Below are positions 53,025-64,000 of a DNA stretch of 64,000 nt, piece after piece (position 1 is the stretch's first letter; every line of letters begins with the position of its first letter). Both the position numbers and the translations under genes were made by a program. The DNA comes from Octopus bimaculoides (taxonomy: Eukaryota): contig NC_068982.1 in NCBI RefSeq assembly GCF_001194135.2, forward strand, positions 178,847,692-178,911,691, read 5' to 3'. Under the pieces are notes generated by a model. That model saw only the letters and a list, made by a program, of their open reading frames with translations, did no database searches and was not told where the DNA came from.

Positions 53025-56000
53025 GTGTGTGTGTGTGCGTGTCTGAAACTACGGAAGTGACAGTATTTTATTTTCGCTGATTAGTGGAATAACTTAAACA
53101 CTATAACAATATTATGGGCTTCTTAGATGGCTGTCAGTCAGTAGTGTGCTTTGATGTCTTACTGACAAGCCGAAGATGCCAGAATTTCTGTTTCAAGTTT
53201 TAAGACCTGCGTGTACATCAGAATCACTCTTCTTTTCAATCTATATGGATAGTGGCAAGATAAAGTCAAGACAACTGCGCTTGTATGAGACCTCACTGTA
53301 CCTTGAATGTGATGTGTGCACCGACAATCTAGCCGGTATGTTGCCGTTTGCACCAAATTATTCCCGTCAACTTCGGATCTGTGGAGAAGAATGTTGTTTA
53401 TTTCTTCCAAGCCACGTTTGAACGGCATGTGAACGTTATCAAACATATACACCCACATACTTGATGCGTATATGTACGGACTACTAGGTGGCAACAGAAG
53501 GATTACATATATTTTCAAACATCTGAAAATATATTAAATCTGATTACATTAGCACAATTTATAAAAAAAAGTCGAGAAATTCAATATTTCTTTAAAATAA
53601 AAGGAAGAAATATACGTGAGCGTTAAGAGCAATCGTTAAAATAACGCATCGGCTTTTTATTCTGCTTTAGAAAAACAATATTGATTGTTAATACAGATGA
53701 AATAAAACTGATTAATAGTTTTCAAATGCTGAAGATAATTGGATAGGTCTTTACTGAGAATCATTTACCAAAGATCTAAGTCGTCGTATGTGTTGAGTGT
53801 GGTCACAAAGACGCTGAGGTGTAACTGTTACGACACAAGAGAAATTAATTTGTTCGTACACATTATTTAAAGCCGTATCACTAAGAACACGTTACCTTTT
53901 GATTTTAAAAGGTCTATAAAAGATGTTGGAGGGTTAGAGATGGTAAGAGTTTAGCAGTGTACAATGACAAACAATATACATTTAAAATACTCAAACTTTC
54001 ACTATTTTTACACACATTTGGTATCGATTTATGCATCATTCTCCGGGGCTTATGTAATTTGTAACTTCAATATCCTAGGAATAGCGCAGTCGATTCTTTA
54101 TTACCTTCACACACACCAGAAAGTGAACACACAGCTAAAATTCCATAAAAAGAAGGCATAGCAGAAGGTATAGACATATATTTTTCTCGAGTTAGTTAAA
54201 AGCTAATTTGAATATAATCCTGCTGGAAACTTCCGTAGTTGCATTTCATCATTGAAGACGTCCTATTGCAGAGCAATAATACATGTGTCGTAGAATAGAG
54301 GATGTTGCATATCAACCAGCATATCCCAGGACAAAAAATAGCAAAGCAATCCAAATCAAGTGAAGGGCTCTTGACTAGACGTCATACTGAAGACATGATT
54401 CATGACATATGGAACATACGCACACACGAGAACTCCTAACCCCTCTCGCTTAGACATACACATGTATAAATGTATGCATATGCACATATGTCTATATATA
54501 TATATATATATATATATNNNNNNNNNNNNNNNNNNNNNNNNNNNNNNNNNNNNNNNNNNNNNNNNNNNNNNNNNNNNNNNNNNNNNNNNNNNNNNNNNNN
54601 NNNNNNNNNNNNNNNNNNNNNNNNNNNNNNNNNNNNNNNNNNNNNNNNNNNNNNNNNNNNNNNNNNNNNNNNNNNNNNNNNNNNNNNNNNNNNNNNNNNN
54701 NNNNNNNNNNNNNNNNNNNNNNNNNNNNNNNNNNNNNNNNNNNNNNNNNNNNNNNNNNNNNNNNNNNNNNNNNNNNNNNNNNNNNNNNNNNNNNNNNNNN
54801 NNNNNNNNNNNNNNNNNNNNNNNNNNNNNNNNNNNNNNNNNNNNNNNNNNNNNNNNNNNNNNNNNNNNNNNNNNNNNNNNNNNNNNNNNNNNNNNNNNNN
54901 NNNNNNNNNNNNNNNNNNNNNNNNNNNNNNNNNNNNNNNNNNNNNNNNNNNNNNNNNNNNNNNNNNNNNNNNNNNNNNNNNNNNNNNNNNNNNNNNNNNN
55001 NNNNNNNNNNNNNNNNNNNNNNNNNNNNNNNNNNNNNNNNNNNNNNNNNNNNNNNNNNNNNNNNNNNNNNNNNNNNNNNNNNNNNNNNNNNNNNNNNNNN
55101 NNNNNNNNNNNNNNNNNNNNNNNNNNNNNNNNNNNNNNNNNNNNNNNNNNNNNNNNNNNNNNNNNNNNNNNNNNNNNNNNNNNNNNNNNNNNNNNNNNNN
55201 NNNNNNNNNNNNNNNNNNNNNNNNNNNNNNNNNNNNNNNNNNNNNNNNNNNNNNNNNNNNNNNNNNNNNNNNNNNNNNNNNNNNNNNNNNNNNNNNNNNN
55301 NNNNNNNNNNNNNNNNNNNNNNNNNNNNNNNNNNNNNNNNNNNNNNNNNNNNNNNNNNNNNNNNNNNNNNNNNNNNNNNNNNNNNNNNNNNNNNNNNNNN
55401 NNNNNNNNNNNNNNNNNNNNNNNNNNNNNNNNNNNNNNNNNNNNNNNNNNNNNNNNNNNNNNNNNNNNNNNNNNNNNNTATATATATCGATTACCTAGCG
55501 AGAGTGGTTCTCGATAAAGTATAGATCGGGATTTCTTTTGCTTTGATTTTAACATTGTTTATTAACTTTTCGGGGAATTTTTGTTTTTGAAGGAATATAT
55601 TTAGTTCTACCAGTCGTTTCTCTCGTCTGTTGGTATCCATAACTATTGAATATATATATCTTGCTATATTGATATTCCTTTTCGTTTGGGAAGGGCGGTA
55701 GAGTCTAAAATCTAAATTTTGATGTTTATCTGTGTCCTTGCAGTACAGATCGGTTGTAATTATCTCATTAGCTTTAATTATATTAGAACGTCCAGAAAAG
55801 AGAGTTCTTTTTCATTCATTTCTATAATGAATTGGATAGCTTCATGAGTGTTCTATATCAATTTAAGGAATCTTGTAAGGCTTTCTTTCCGAAAATACGA
55901 AGCAGTCAGCCAAAACTATTTTCCAGTTCCATATTAGATAACTTTGGAAATAAGGATCAAAAGTAATACTGGACAAGGTATAGATTTTCTCTTCTAAGTA

Positions 56001-56304
56001 CTCCATAACTAGTGTCGCAAACGTTAGTGCGACTTTCATTCACATTACTGTGCCTTGTATTTGTAGGTAATATTGGTTGTCAATATAGAAGTGGTTGTTT
56101 TCAGTACTAGACGTAATCTTTCACGTATAAATTCTCCTGGATTTTTTGTGAGTATTTGTCTATTCAGAATTGTATTCTTTCTCATCCTAATCCGTAGTAG
56201 GTATTCGTGTAAAGACTGCTTAACGCAAAAACTCACTAAAACTGTTTCTTTATCTATCCTTTCTGGAGGGGAGTTCATATCTAATGAAATAAGGAACCAG
56301 TCTA

Positions 56305-56556
56305 GGGGTGGAGGGGATAAACAAACACAGAGGAACACACACACACGCACACAGACACAGGCACACGCGCGAACAAACATGTATGTATGTATGTATGTAT
56401 GTATGTATGTATGCATATATATATGGCAGTTTCTTTCAGTTTCCGTCTACCAAAATGCTTTGATCGGCCCGAAGCTATAGCAGAAGTCGCTTGCCCAGGG
56501 TTACTGAACCTGGAGCAATGTGTTTGGGAAGCAAACTTCTTACCACACAGCCACGT
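56305..56556 (-). mobile_element. SINE family B 5' half plus microsatellite (antisense)
   Basis: ttctttcagtttccgtctacc...ttgcccagg...ctgaacc...gggaagcaaacttcttaccacac is the reverse complement of the family B head. Confidence 0.85.
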
Positions 56557-58974
56557 CAACGCTGATTTAGCTTCAGGTAAGAGCTGTCGTTGTTTAGGTT
56601 TTTTGAATTTTATGTTTTTCTCAGTCCTCTTAATTACTATGACATAAATAGATTAAATATGATTTTACCATTAAATTTAAATTCTGAATACTATGATGCA
56701 TCTATGTAGGGAATATATTCTACCACTCACAAACCTGATACAAATAAACCAAAGTGGCACTTATTCAAAGGGACTCTCAACTTTGTTTAACATTAAAAAC
56801 TCTGAATTCTGTAACAGGCGACAACAGTCGCTAGATAACCTTTATAGTTGATGAAACAGAAGAAGCCAGATAAATAAGAGGAAGTATGAATATAATTACT
56901 TTGCTTTCATATTGATGCGCACTATGCTATTACTAAAACCTGAAACCGACACAAAATAGTTTGAACAGAACAGGGACAACGCTTTTCACATGCACTTAAA
57001 TTTTCTGATACATTCGTAGATGCATTTGCATTATCCTTTTTTATCCTTTGGATGGAATTAGTAAGAAATAAAAAACAATTATTTTGAGATATTTTTTATG
57101 TTTAGTAATCAAAAATGAAATGCTCTATCGATCTACCATACATGAGGAAACATCTATTTAAAATTCAATAAGAAACTATTACGTTTGAAATATTTACTTA
57201 AATGCTGACATATTTTATGAACCAAAAACATCGATAATAAAAGTTTGCCTAAAGCGAAATGCAACTAATTACAAGTGGCGTCAAATACAGAAAAGTCTGC
57301 CAAAACCAGACAGAAAGGCAAATAACAAAGGTCTGGTTACACAAGCTATTTCTATGATTTTTCAATACATTGGTGAAATCATCGGTCTTTAATTTCCGAG
57401 ATTTGAGCACGGACAATGACCATTCATTTCCTATTAGCGTTTGCTTGCCGACACGTTCTTTATACAATATACAATGGCTCCATGAAGGCTCTAGATTAAA
57501 GTAAATAAAGTTTAAATTACGTACGTCTTGGGGAATTTGTCTTTTCCGGATTTCTGTGAATGCTTTTCATTACTCTTCCATCTTTATTGTGACCTTTCCA
57601 CGTTTACTGCATGACAGGAATTTGTTTTCTTTGTTATAAGCATTTTCAACTATAATTCCCTAATGGTAAATCTTAGCTGCACAGATTGGTAGAAGAATTA
57701 ATAATAATTGAGAACAATATTTTACTAACAAATCGAATTAATGCTTTTTTATGGCAACGTTTATTTTTGTTATGAGTAAAGAGTCCATTTATCGGTGAAC
57801 TTTAACATTGCGCGCGAATGAAAATCTAGAATTAAAATCAAGTGAAAATTTCTGAATTGTGCAAAATTTAGAAAAACTAAGTACTTTCGACTCTTAAGAC
57901 AATGACTGTTGCTCTCTCTTAATCACAGAGCTGTATTAAAACCATAACTTAATCCAGATATAACTCAGATAGGGATTCAAATTAGACAGATTTCACTTAT
58001 TAGGTATTGAAAAGGAGTTCAAAGCCATTAGTGTAGAATTTGTGAAATGTTTGTGTTATTGATCAGTGCAATACTTTAATACTTTCGGATGTGGATCCAT
58101 GTACGTTCAGAATTAATTCTCATTATTCTTTTCAGAACCAGTATTGCAGTATCGGAGAAATTAGAAATAATCAATCTCTACTTATAATAACTAGAAAAGC
58201 ACCCGGAGAGCGCCAAGCAGCACATTTCCACACATATACACGCATGCTGAAAATCATCCAATTTCTCAAACCAACGCTGACAAAAACATAATCTACTCCC
58301 ATACTTATCTCGACCATCGTCATTATCAACACTGTCGCTGCTTTCCGAGATTGTTGCAGATTTTTGATTTTTCTAATTTCGGAGTGATTTATTAAAAAAA
58401 AAATTGCATCTACAAAACGGAACAGTTTGAGGATAGAAACCAGGTCTAAACACAATAGCTTATAGACATACTCTGAATGTAGTTCAGTATAAATCTTTAA
58501 TAATTTATTTTTTATACTTAAGACCATCAGAAATGTTAAAATATCAGCCTCTACCCACGTTGCCATGCTTTGATTAAAAGGTTACAGCGTAGATTAGATT
58601 ACTTAGATAAGTTTCGGCTGAAGTTGACTCAGGCCATGTCTAATTTAATAGCACCACCTGGAAGAGATACACAGTCAGCTCTGGGGAACCGTAGCCCTTT
58701 CAAGCAGAGGGTTATTGTTTTCAGAGACATATATGGGTGTAAGTGGTTTACCTGGTATTTGTTGGGGTAATCATCTAGGGATCATTTGAATGCTGTGAAG
58801 TCACTTTCCTCGTTTATGTGTCTGATTGATGTTGAAGAGAGCAGGGCCAATTAAGGTAAAATAGTTCTGTCATTGGAATATTTTCCACATCATACAGATG
58901 ATATAGAGCTCACAGCAGCAGTGGAGGGATCAAAGCCTGAGCTTTTTGAGTCGATCCCAATAGTCAAGGCTTGT

Positions 58975-59365
58975 CATGTCATCCTCCGCAGACCTCCGTC
59001 AAGCAGCTCATTTTAAGATAGATACGCGAGTAAAATTACTAATAGAGAAACGAAAATAAACTTTGGAAACAGCAACGCTACCATAAGTTACATAGAAACG
59101 ATGAACGTGTTTTCAAGGGAGATAATGAAAGAGCTTAACATTGTAATACTTCATGTAAAGTAAATGTAACACATGAAAAATCCTTCAAGAATCCATAAAA
59201 ATTCCCAAATCACTACCAAAATTTCATCATCTGTTCTTTGTGTCATTACCAACTTTTTCATCAAATACCGTTCACAACTTTTTGAGTTATTTTGCACACA
59301 GACGGACAGACGGACAAACCAACGCCGATGAAAACATAACCTCCTTCCTTGGCGGAGGTAATGAT
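58975..59365 (-). mobile_element. Helentron-associated non-autonomous element (HINE/DINE-1-like)
   Basis: Minus 5' end attacctccgccaagga(agga)ggttatgttttcatcggcgttggtttgtccgtctg; sub-terminal inverted repeats acctccgtcaag (58992-59003) and cttggcggaggt (59348-59359), matching at 11 of 12. Confidence 0.65.
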
Positions 59366-59384
59366 ACATGCATGCATGTATACA

Positions 59385-59480
59385 TACATACATACATACA
59401 TACATACATACGTACATACATACATACATACATACGTACATACGTACATACATACATACATAATACATACATACATACAT
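59385..59480. repeat. (CATA)n microsatellite
   Basis: Visible tandem tetranucleotide. Confidence 0.95.
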
Positions 59481-59799
59481 GCATACATAATACACACATA
59501 CACGCACATGCACGCACGCACGCACGCACACACGCACATACATACGTACATATATGTTCGTCTATGTATAACTTATTCATGTGAAATTTAAGATTGATTA
59601 TATTTCGTAGGATGATAAGCCATATAAATAAATTATGTAAAACTGCATCTTACACCACATAGTGAACCTAACAGAATTTAATTGCATTAATTACACACAC
59701 ACGCGCGCAAACACATACATTTATGTACACACACACATATATATATAAAAGGAAACATAATAGGTTTTATGGAAGAAAATACAGAACTCAATGCATGCA

Positions 59800-59948
59800 T
59801 ACATTATTTACATTATTTACAATTGACGGATATTTCTTCTTATCTTGTTTGTTAACACAACGTTTCGGCTCGAGCCTTCATCAGGTGTCTTGGGGAAATT
59901 TCGAACCTGGGTTCTCATTCGTAAGGTATTTTTCGATGTTGTTTTTGT
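59800..59948 (-). mobile_element. Hammerhead-bearing short repeat (PLE pseudo-LTR-like), left copy
   Basis: Inverted homolog of 60961-61140 (catcgaaaaatacctta..gaacccaggttcgaaa.ttccccaag..ctgatgaag..ccgaaacgttgtgttaac..atatccgtcaa). Confidence 0.7.
59854..59889 (-). ncRNA. Putative minimal type I hammerhead ribozyme
   Basis: Minus strand GACAC-CUGAUGA-A-GGCUCGAGCC-GAAACGUU-GUGUU: intact core, extra A before G10.1, stem I GACAC/GUGUU, stem II, and palindromic ACGU in place of stem III. Confidence 0.6.
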
Positions 59949-59975
59949 TATTATTATTATTATTATTATTATTGC

Positions 59976-60035
<60 letters not shown>

Positions 60036-60051
60036 CATTATTATCATTATT

Positions 60052-60131
<80 letters not shown>

Positions 60132-60135
60132 CATT

Positions 60136-60170
<35 letters not shown>

Positions 60171-60185
60171 TATTACTATTATTAT
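59947..60185. repeat. (ATT)n/(ATC)n microsatellite
   Basis: Visible trinucleotide run that explains the poly-Ile/Leu/Met ORFs. Confidence 0.97.
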
Positions 60186-60191
60186 TTAGGT

Positions 60192-60270
60192 CACGGGCAT
60201 ATGGCGTAGTGGTTAAGAGCGCGGAATACTAACCCCAAGATTCCGATTTCGATTCCAGGCAGTGACCTGA
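60192..60270 (+). mobile_element. tRNA-like SINE head
   Basis: tggcgtagtggttaagagcgc (A box) and gatttcgattcc (degenerate B box); no complete cloverleaf. Confidence 0.6.
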
Positions 60271-60279
60271 TACAGTACC

Positions 60280-60818
60280 AGGCAGTGGCTCACATAGCTT
60301 CTCATCTTAACTGATTGGAAGTGTTATCATGTACATTGTTTTTTCTTGGTATAAAAGATGGGCTACAGCAAATATTCTACTCAGTACCACAGATTTTTTT
60401 GTCAGTTGCTTGATCATGACCAGTTGAGCATGTCCCTTGGTGGCTGACGATATGTGCATCTCTGATCACGAGCAGAAGTAGTGGGGGAGCATCATAGTCA
60501 TGTGTTGAGAGGAATTCTTTGGGGTTTGGATAATTCACCTTTCGAAACATGGGTATTTCATTCGACATCCGCAAACAACCTTTATTCAATGACCTTTTGA
60601 GCGGGATGGGCTACTCGATATGAAGTAAATTCTAACTGGGCCCCACCTGCAAGGTCAGGCGCTGTTTATCTTGATATGAAACCACTATGTTGCGCACATA
60701 TGGTTGTGATGCATATGCCTGGTGTACCCTTATCAGACGGGTAGTCATGATGGGTATACTGGGCTTTGTATATTTTACCCTAGTGTCACTTTGATGGCAT
60801 ACCCTGCTCTCTTACTCA

Positions 60819-60830
<12 letters not shown>
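60280..60830 (+). mobile_element. Non-coding LINE-like 3' tail ending in (AAT)n (possibly R4/Dong-type 3' UTR)
   Basis: Unique sequence ending ...gtgtcactttgatggcataccctgctctcttactc directly into aataataataata. An (AAT)n end is characteristic of Dong elements (established); the assignment here is inference. Confidence 0.45.
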
Positions 60831-60960
<130 letters not shown>

Positions 60961-60966
<6 letters not shown>

Positions 60967-61140
60967 ATCGAAAAATACCTTAAGAATAAGAACCCAGGTT
61001 CGAAAATTCCCCAAGAGTCCTGATGAAGACTGGAGGGTATATCAGCCGAAACGTTGTGTTAACAACAAAGAAGATGAGGACAAATATCCGTCAAATTTAA
61101 ATGTAAATAATGTACATAATTCCTCATCTCTTAAATATAG
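60961..61140 (+). mobile_element. Hammerhead-bearing short repeat, right copy
   Basis: CTGATGA-A-GACTG gagggtatat CAGCC-GAAACGTT-GTGT at 61020-61059; stem I is disrupted (gagtc instead of gacac). Confidence 0.7.
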
Positions 61141-61329
61141 AATCAATGCATATATGTTTGAGAGTGTGCGTATGTGTGTGCGCGTGTGTGCGCGTGTGTT
61201 GTGTGAGTGTGTATGCATATATATAAGTAAAGGCGCGTGGTTTAGTGCTTTCGAATGCAAGATCATGGTTTTCAGTCTCAGACCCGACAGTATGTTATAT
61301 TCTTGAGGTTCCACGAATAACATACCCTA

Positions 61330-62700
61330 TTCATAGATGAGATAGCAGAGTTAGTTGATGCCCAAAACTATAGACCTATTTCTTTAACCTAGTCTATCAA
61401 CAGAGTCATGGAACAGATAGCATGCAGGAAATTAATCACGTTTCTTGAAGAAAATGATTTGCTAACTGACATCCAACGCGGTATCCAACGAAGAGGAAAT
61501 TGCCTGACACACCTCTTACAACACTATGCCTGGGTGTTGATATAATTACTTAGCCACTCAAATATGAAGGTGATATATTTCAGCTTTACGAAGGTCTTCG
61601 ATAAACTCGATCATGGAATGATATATCACAAACTGCGTGATCTCGGCATAGCTGGAAATCTAGGAGAGTGTCTACATGATCTTCGCACAGATAGAAATCA
61701 GAAGACTGTTGTCGCAGTCCAATGACAAGGAAACGCAAACGCTATGTGATATCCCGTGGATGAATGACTTGGTCCACTCTTGTCCATAATGACCATCTCA
61801 GAATTGCTCTCATTCACACAGTGAGGCGCCCCGAGGAGCTATGTAAATGAGTCAAACGTCTCAAGCTTAATACAAAATCCTTGGATGATGTCTTGCACAT
61901 GCAACAAAAGTTAGATGCAATATACAAGTAGGCTGACGAAAATAATATGCAGTTAAATGCTGGAAAGTTCCACATCTTACGCTATTAGCAAAGTTAAATG
62001 CTATGCAGGCAAAATATATTGTCCTGATGGGGTCCCAGTTTCTGAATCTCAATCAGTGCGTGGCCTCATGTGAGTAATGACGCATCCTTCCACGTGCATA
62101 TTACTAAATTAGCAATGAAATGCCGGCGGCTGACCGGATGGGTTCTTAGAACTTTCAGAACAAGAGGGCTGGAAATCATGATGGTGTTCTGGATAAAATT
62201 TGTCCCAATCCATCTTGACTATTGCTCCCAACTATGGTCACCTCATAGTGTTAAATTAATAGCGAAACTGGTAGAATTCTAGGGAAGCTATATGAAGATA
62301 ATCTTCATGCAGCAAATTAGTAACTGAAAAAGATTGAAGAAGTTAAGACGTTACTTCCTGGAACGAAGGCGAGAAAGATATACTGTAATATACGTCCTGA
62401 AGATCAGGTAAGGACTTCTCCCAAACTTTAGCTTTGTAAGTGATACAAACAGAAGAATGGGGCGCCATTGCATAAGGCCTAAAATTCCTTACCGTCAAAA
62501 TACTGGGCCAGATACTGCAATTGCAGCTGAGAGACGTACACGGTATGGATGCGGATGTCTTCAAAACTACACTAAACGTCCTACTTTCAAGATTCACAGA
62601 TGAACCAACTTCACAGTAGAAAGCGGGAATGAGGGCAGCATCATCAAACTCCTTCATTTTCACTAAATGCCAACTATTAAAAGAAGATTAATGAAGGCAT
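61330..62700 (+). mobile_element. CR1-like LINE RT, long decayed fragment
   Basis: NYRPISLT, FLEENDLLTDIQ, NCLTHLLQHY, VFDKLDHG, NNMQLNAGKF, WVLRTFRTR, HLDYCSQLWSP and RRERYTVIY in RT order, with many stops; followed by an (ATC)/(ATT) tail near 62755. Confidence 0.9.
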
Positions 62701-63953
62701 AGTTTCAGCTCAAAAGCTGTTGTCGCAAGACTAACGACAGAAACAGGTTAAAGAAATCATCATCATCATCATCATCGTCATTATTATTATCATCATTATT
62801 ATTATTAACCTGCCTGATTTTGAACTTTTCGTTGGAGGATTGTTTTTGGCTAAAATGGATAAAGCTAAAATTAATGAATCTTATACAAATATCTTAGTTG
62901 TAAATATTTGTGGTAGTTATCTATTCTTATACCTCAATTAGAACGGTTGTGCTCTATCGCCATGCTGCTTTCAATCCATATATTTTCATCATGCAATACA
63001 AGTACTGGCACTATTTTAAACTTTTAGTATTACGATACCTTAAAACGTTGCATCACTATAAAATGGACTGTAGACATACAAAGATTCCATTTTAGATTGA
63101 AGATCATGAAATATAAAATAAGTGAATGACGTGTGTCGTTATTTGTCATTGCTTATTTCGTAATTTAGATTTTACTGAAATAAAGAGAAAAAAAACAGTT
63201 TACAAAAGAAATAAGAAAAAGGTAATATCTAACAAAAATTCATTCTGACAGGTGTACGCTTCGTGAATTTCTATTTTTTATATACATATATATATATATA
63301 TTATTTCACATCAACATCATAACGAAAAAATGACGTTAACTTAGGACTATACAGATATCTTTCTCTCTTTACACACACACAGACACATACACGCATACAC
63401 GCACGCGCGCCTACAAACGCGCGCACACACATACACACACACATACACACACACACACACACAAACAAACACATATAGAGCCACAGAGAAAGGAAAAAAA
63501 TTATGCATAGAGAAATATATGTATATGTGTATAATTATATATACATACATATATATACGCATACACACACACGTACACATATATATATATATACATGTAT
63601 ACATCGTGTGTGTATATCTATCTACTTATATGCATATGTGCATATATGTAGGTAGATATGCACATATACCTACATGTATGCATATATGCAGAGTGTGTGT
63701 GTGTACGCAAACACACCCTGTGTTTTTCATCGCTACTTGTATATGACTCTTTTTCTATCAAAATCAAATTCACTGATATGTATATGAAATTTTATCTCAC
63801 AGAATGTTCACATATCTATGTGTACGTAATTTGAAATATATATGTGTGCATAGACATGATTTATATGTGTAGCTTAAAATTGATTTTATATACATATCAA
63901 TATTTATGTATCATCTCTACCTATACATCTCTCTTTCTCTCTCTCTATCTCTG

Positions 63954-64000
<47 letters not shown>

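Noticed and set aside
42763-55555. Long ORFs of 140-399 aa in the track (42763, 48190, 48205, 48224, 54356, 54402, 54470)
   Set aside because: Mostly translated N-gaps (42807-43735, 48236-48577, 54518-55478) flanked by (TA)n; not real coding sequence.
60192-60270. Possible tRNA gene
   Set aside because: A/B boxes are present, but there is no acceptor-stem pairing and the T-loop is degenerate; treated as a SINE head.

Overview
AT-rich, microsatellite-dense eukaryotic scaffold DNA with ten N-gaps, most of them flanked by (TA)n or (CA)n tracts. The repeat landscape looks like a cephalopod (Octopus-like) genome; this is inference from recalled repeat families, not a database result. I recognise no intact protein-coding gene, tRNA, rRNA or CRISPR array, and most ORF-track entries are microsatellite or gap artefacts. 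The window is a mosaic of decayed mobile elements: three CR1-like LINE RT fragments, an R4/Dong-type RLE LINE interrupted by a mariner, RTE fragments, several Tc1/mariner relics (including a DD37D/maT-type), two Penelope-like (PLE) fragments (RT C-terminus; GIY-YIG), many tRNA-derived SINEs of several modular families, a Tc1/mariner-type fold-back MITE, a Helitron-like unit and a Helentron-associated (HINE-like) unit. The most interesting structure is at about 59.8-61.1 kb. Two outward-pointing, inverted copies of a short repeat each carry a minimal type I hammerhead-ribozyme core (the left one is intact, with two palindromic stems), abut complementary (ATT)n/(AAT)n tracts, and enclose a tRNA-like SINE head fused to a LINE-like 3' tail. 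A third, degenerate hammerhead-like motif lies in the 3' region of the GIY-YIG PLE. Weak splice-site candidates hint at a long-intron + strand host transcript, but this is not established.
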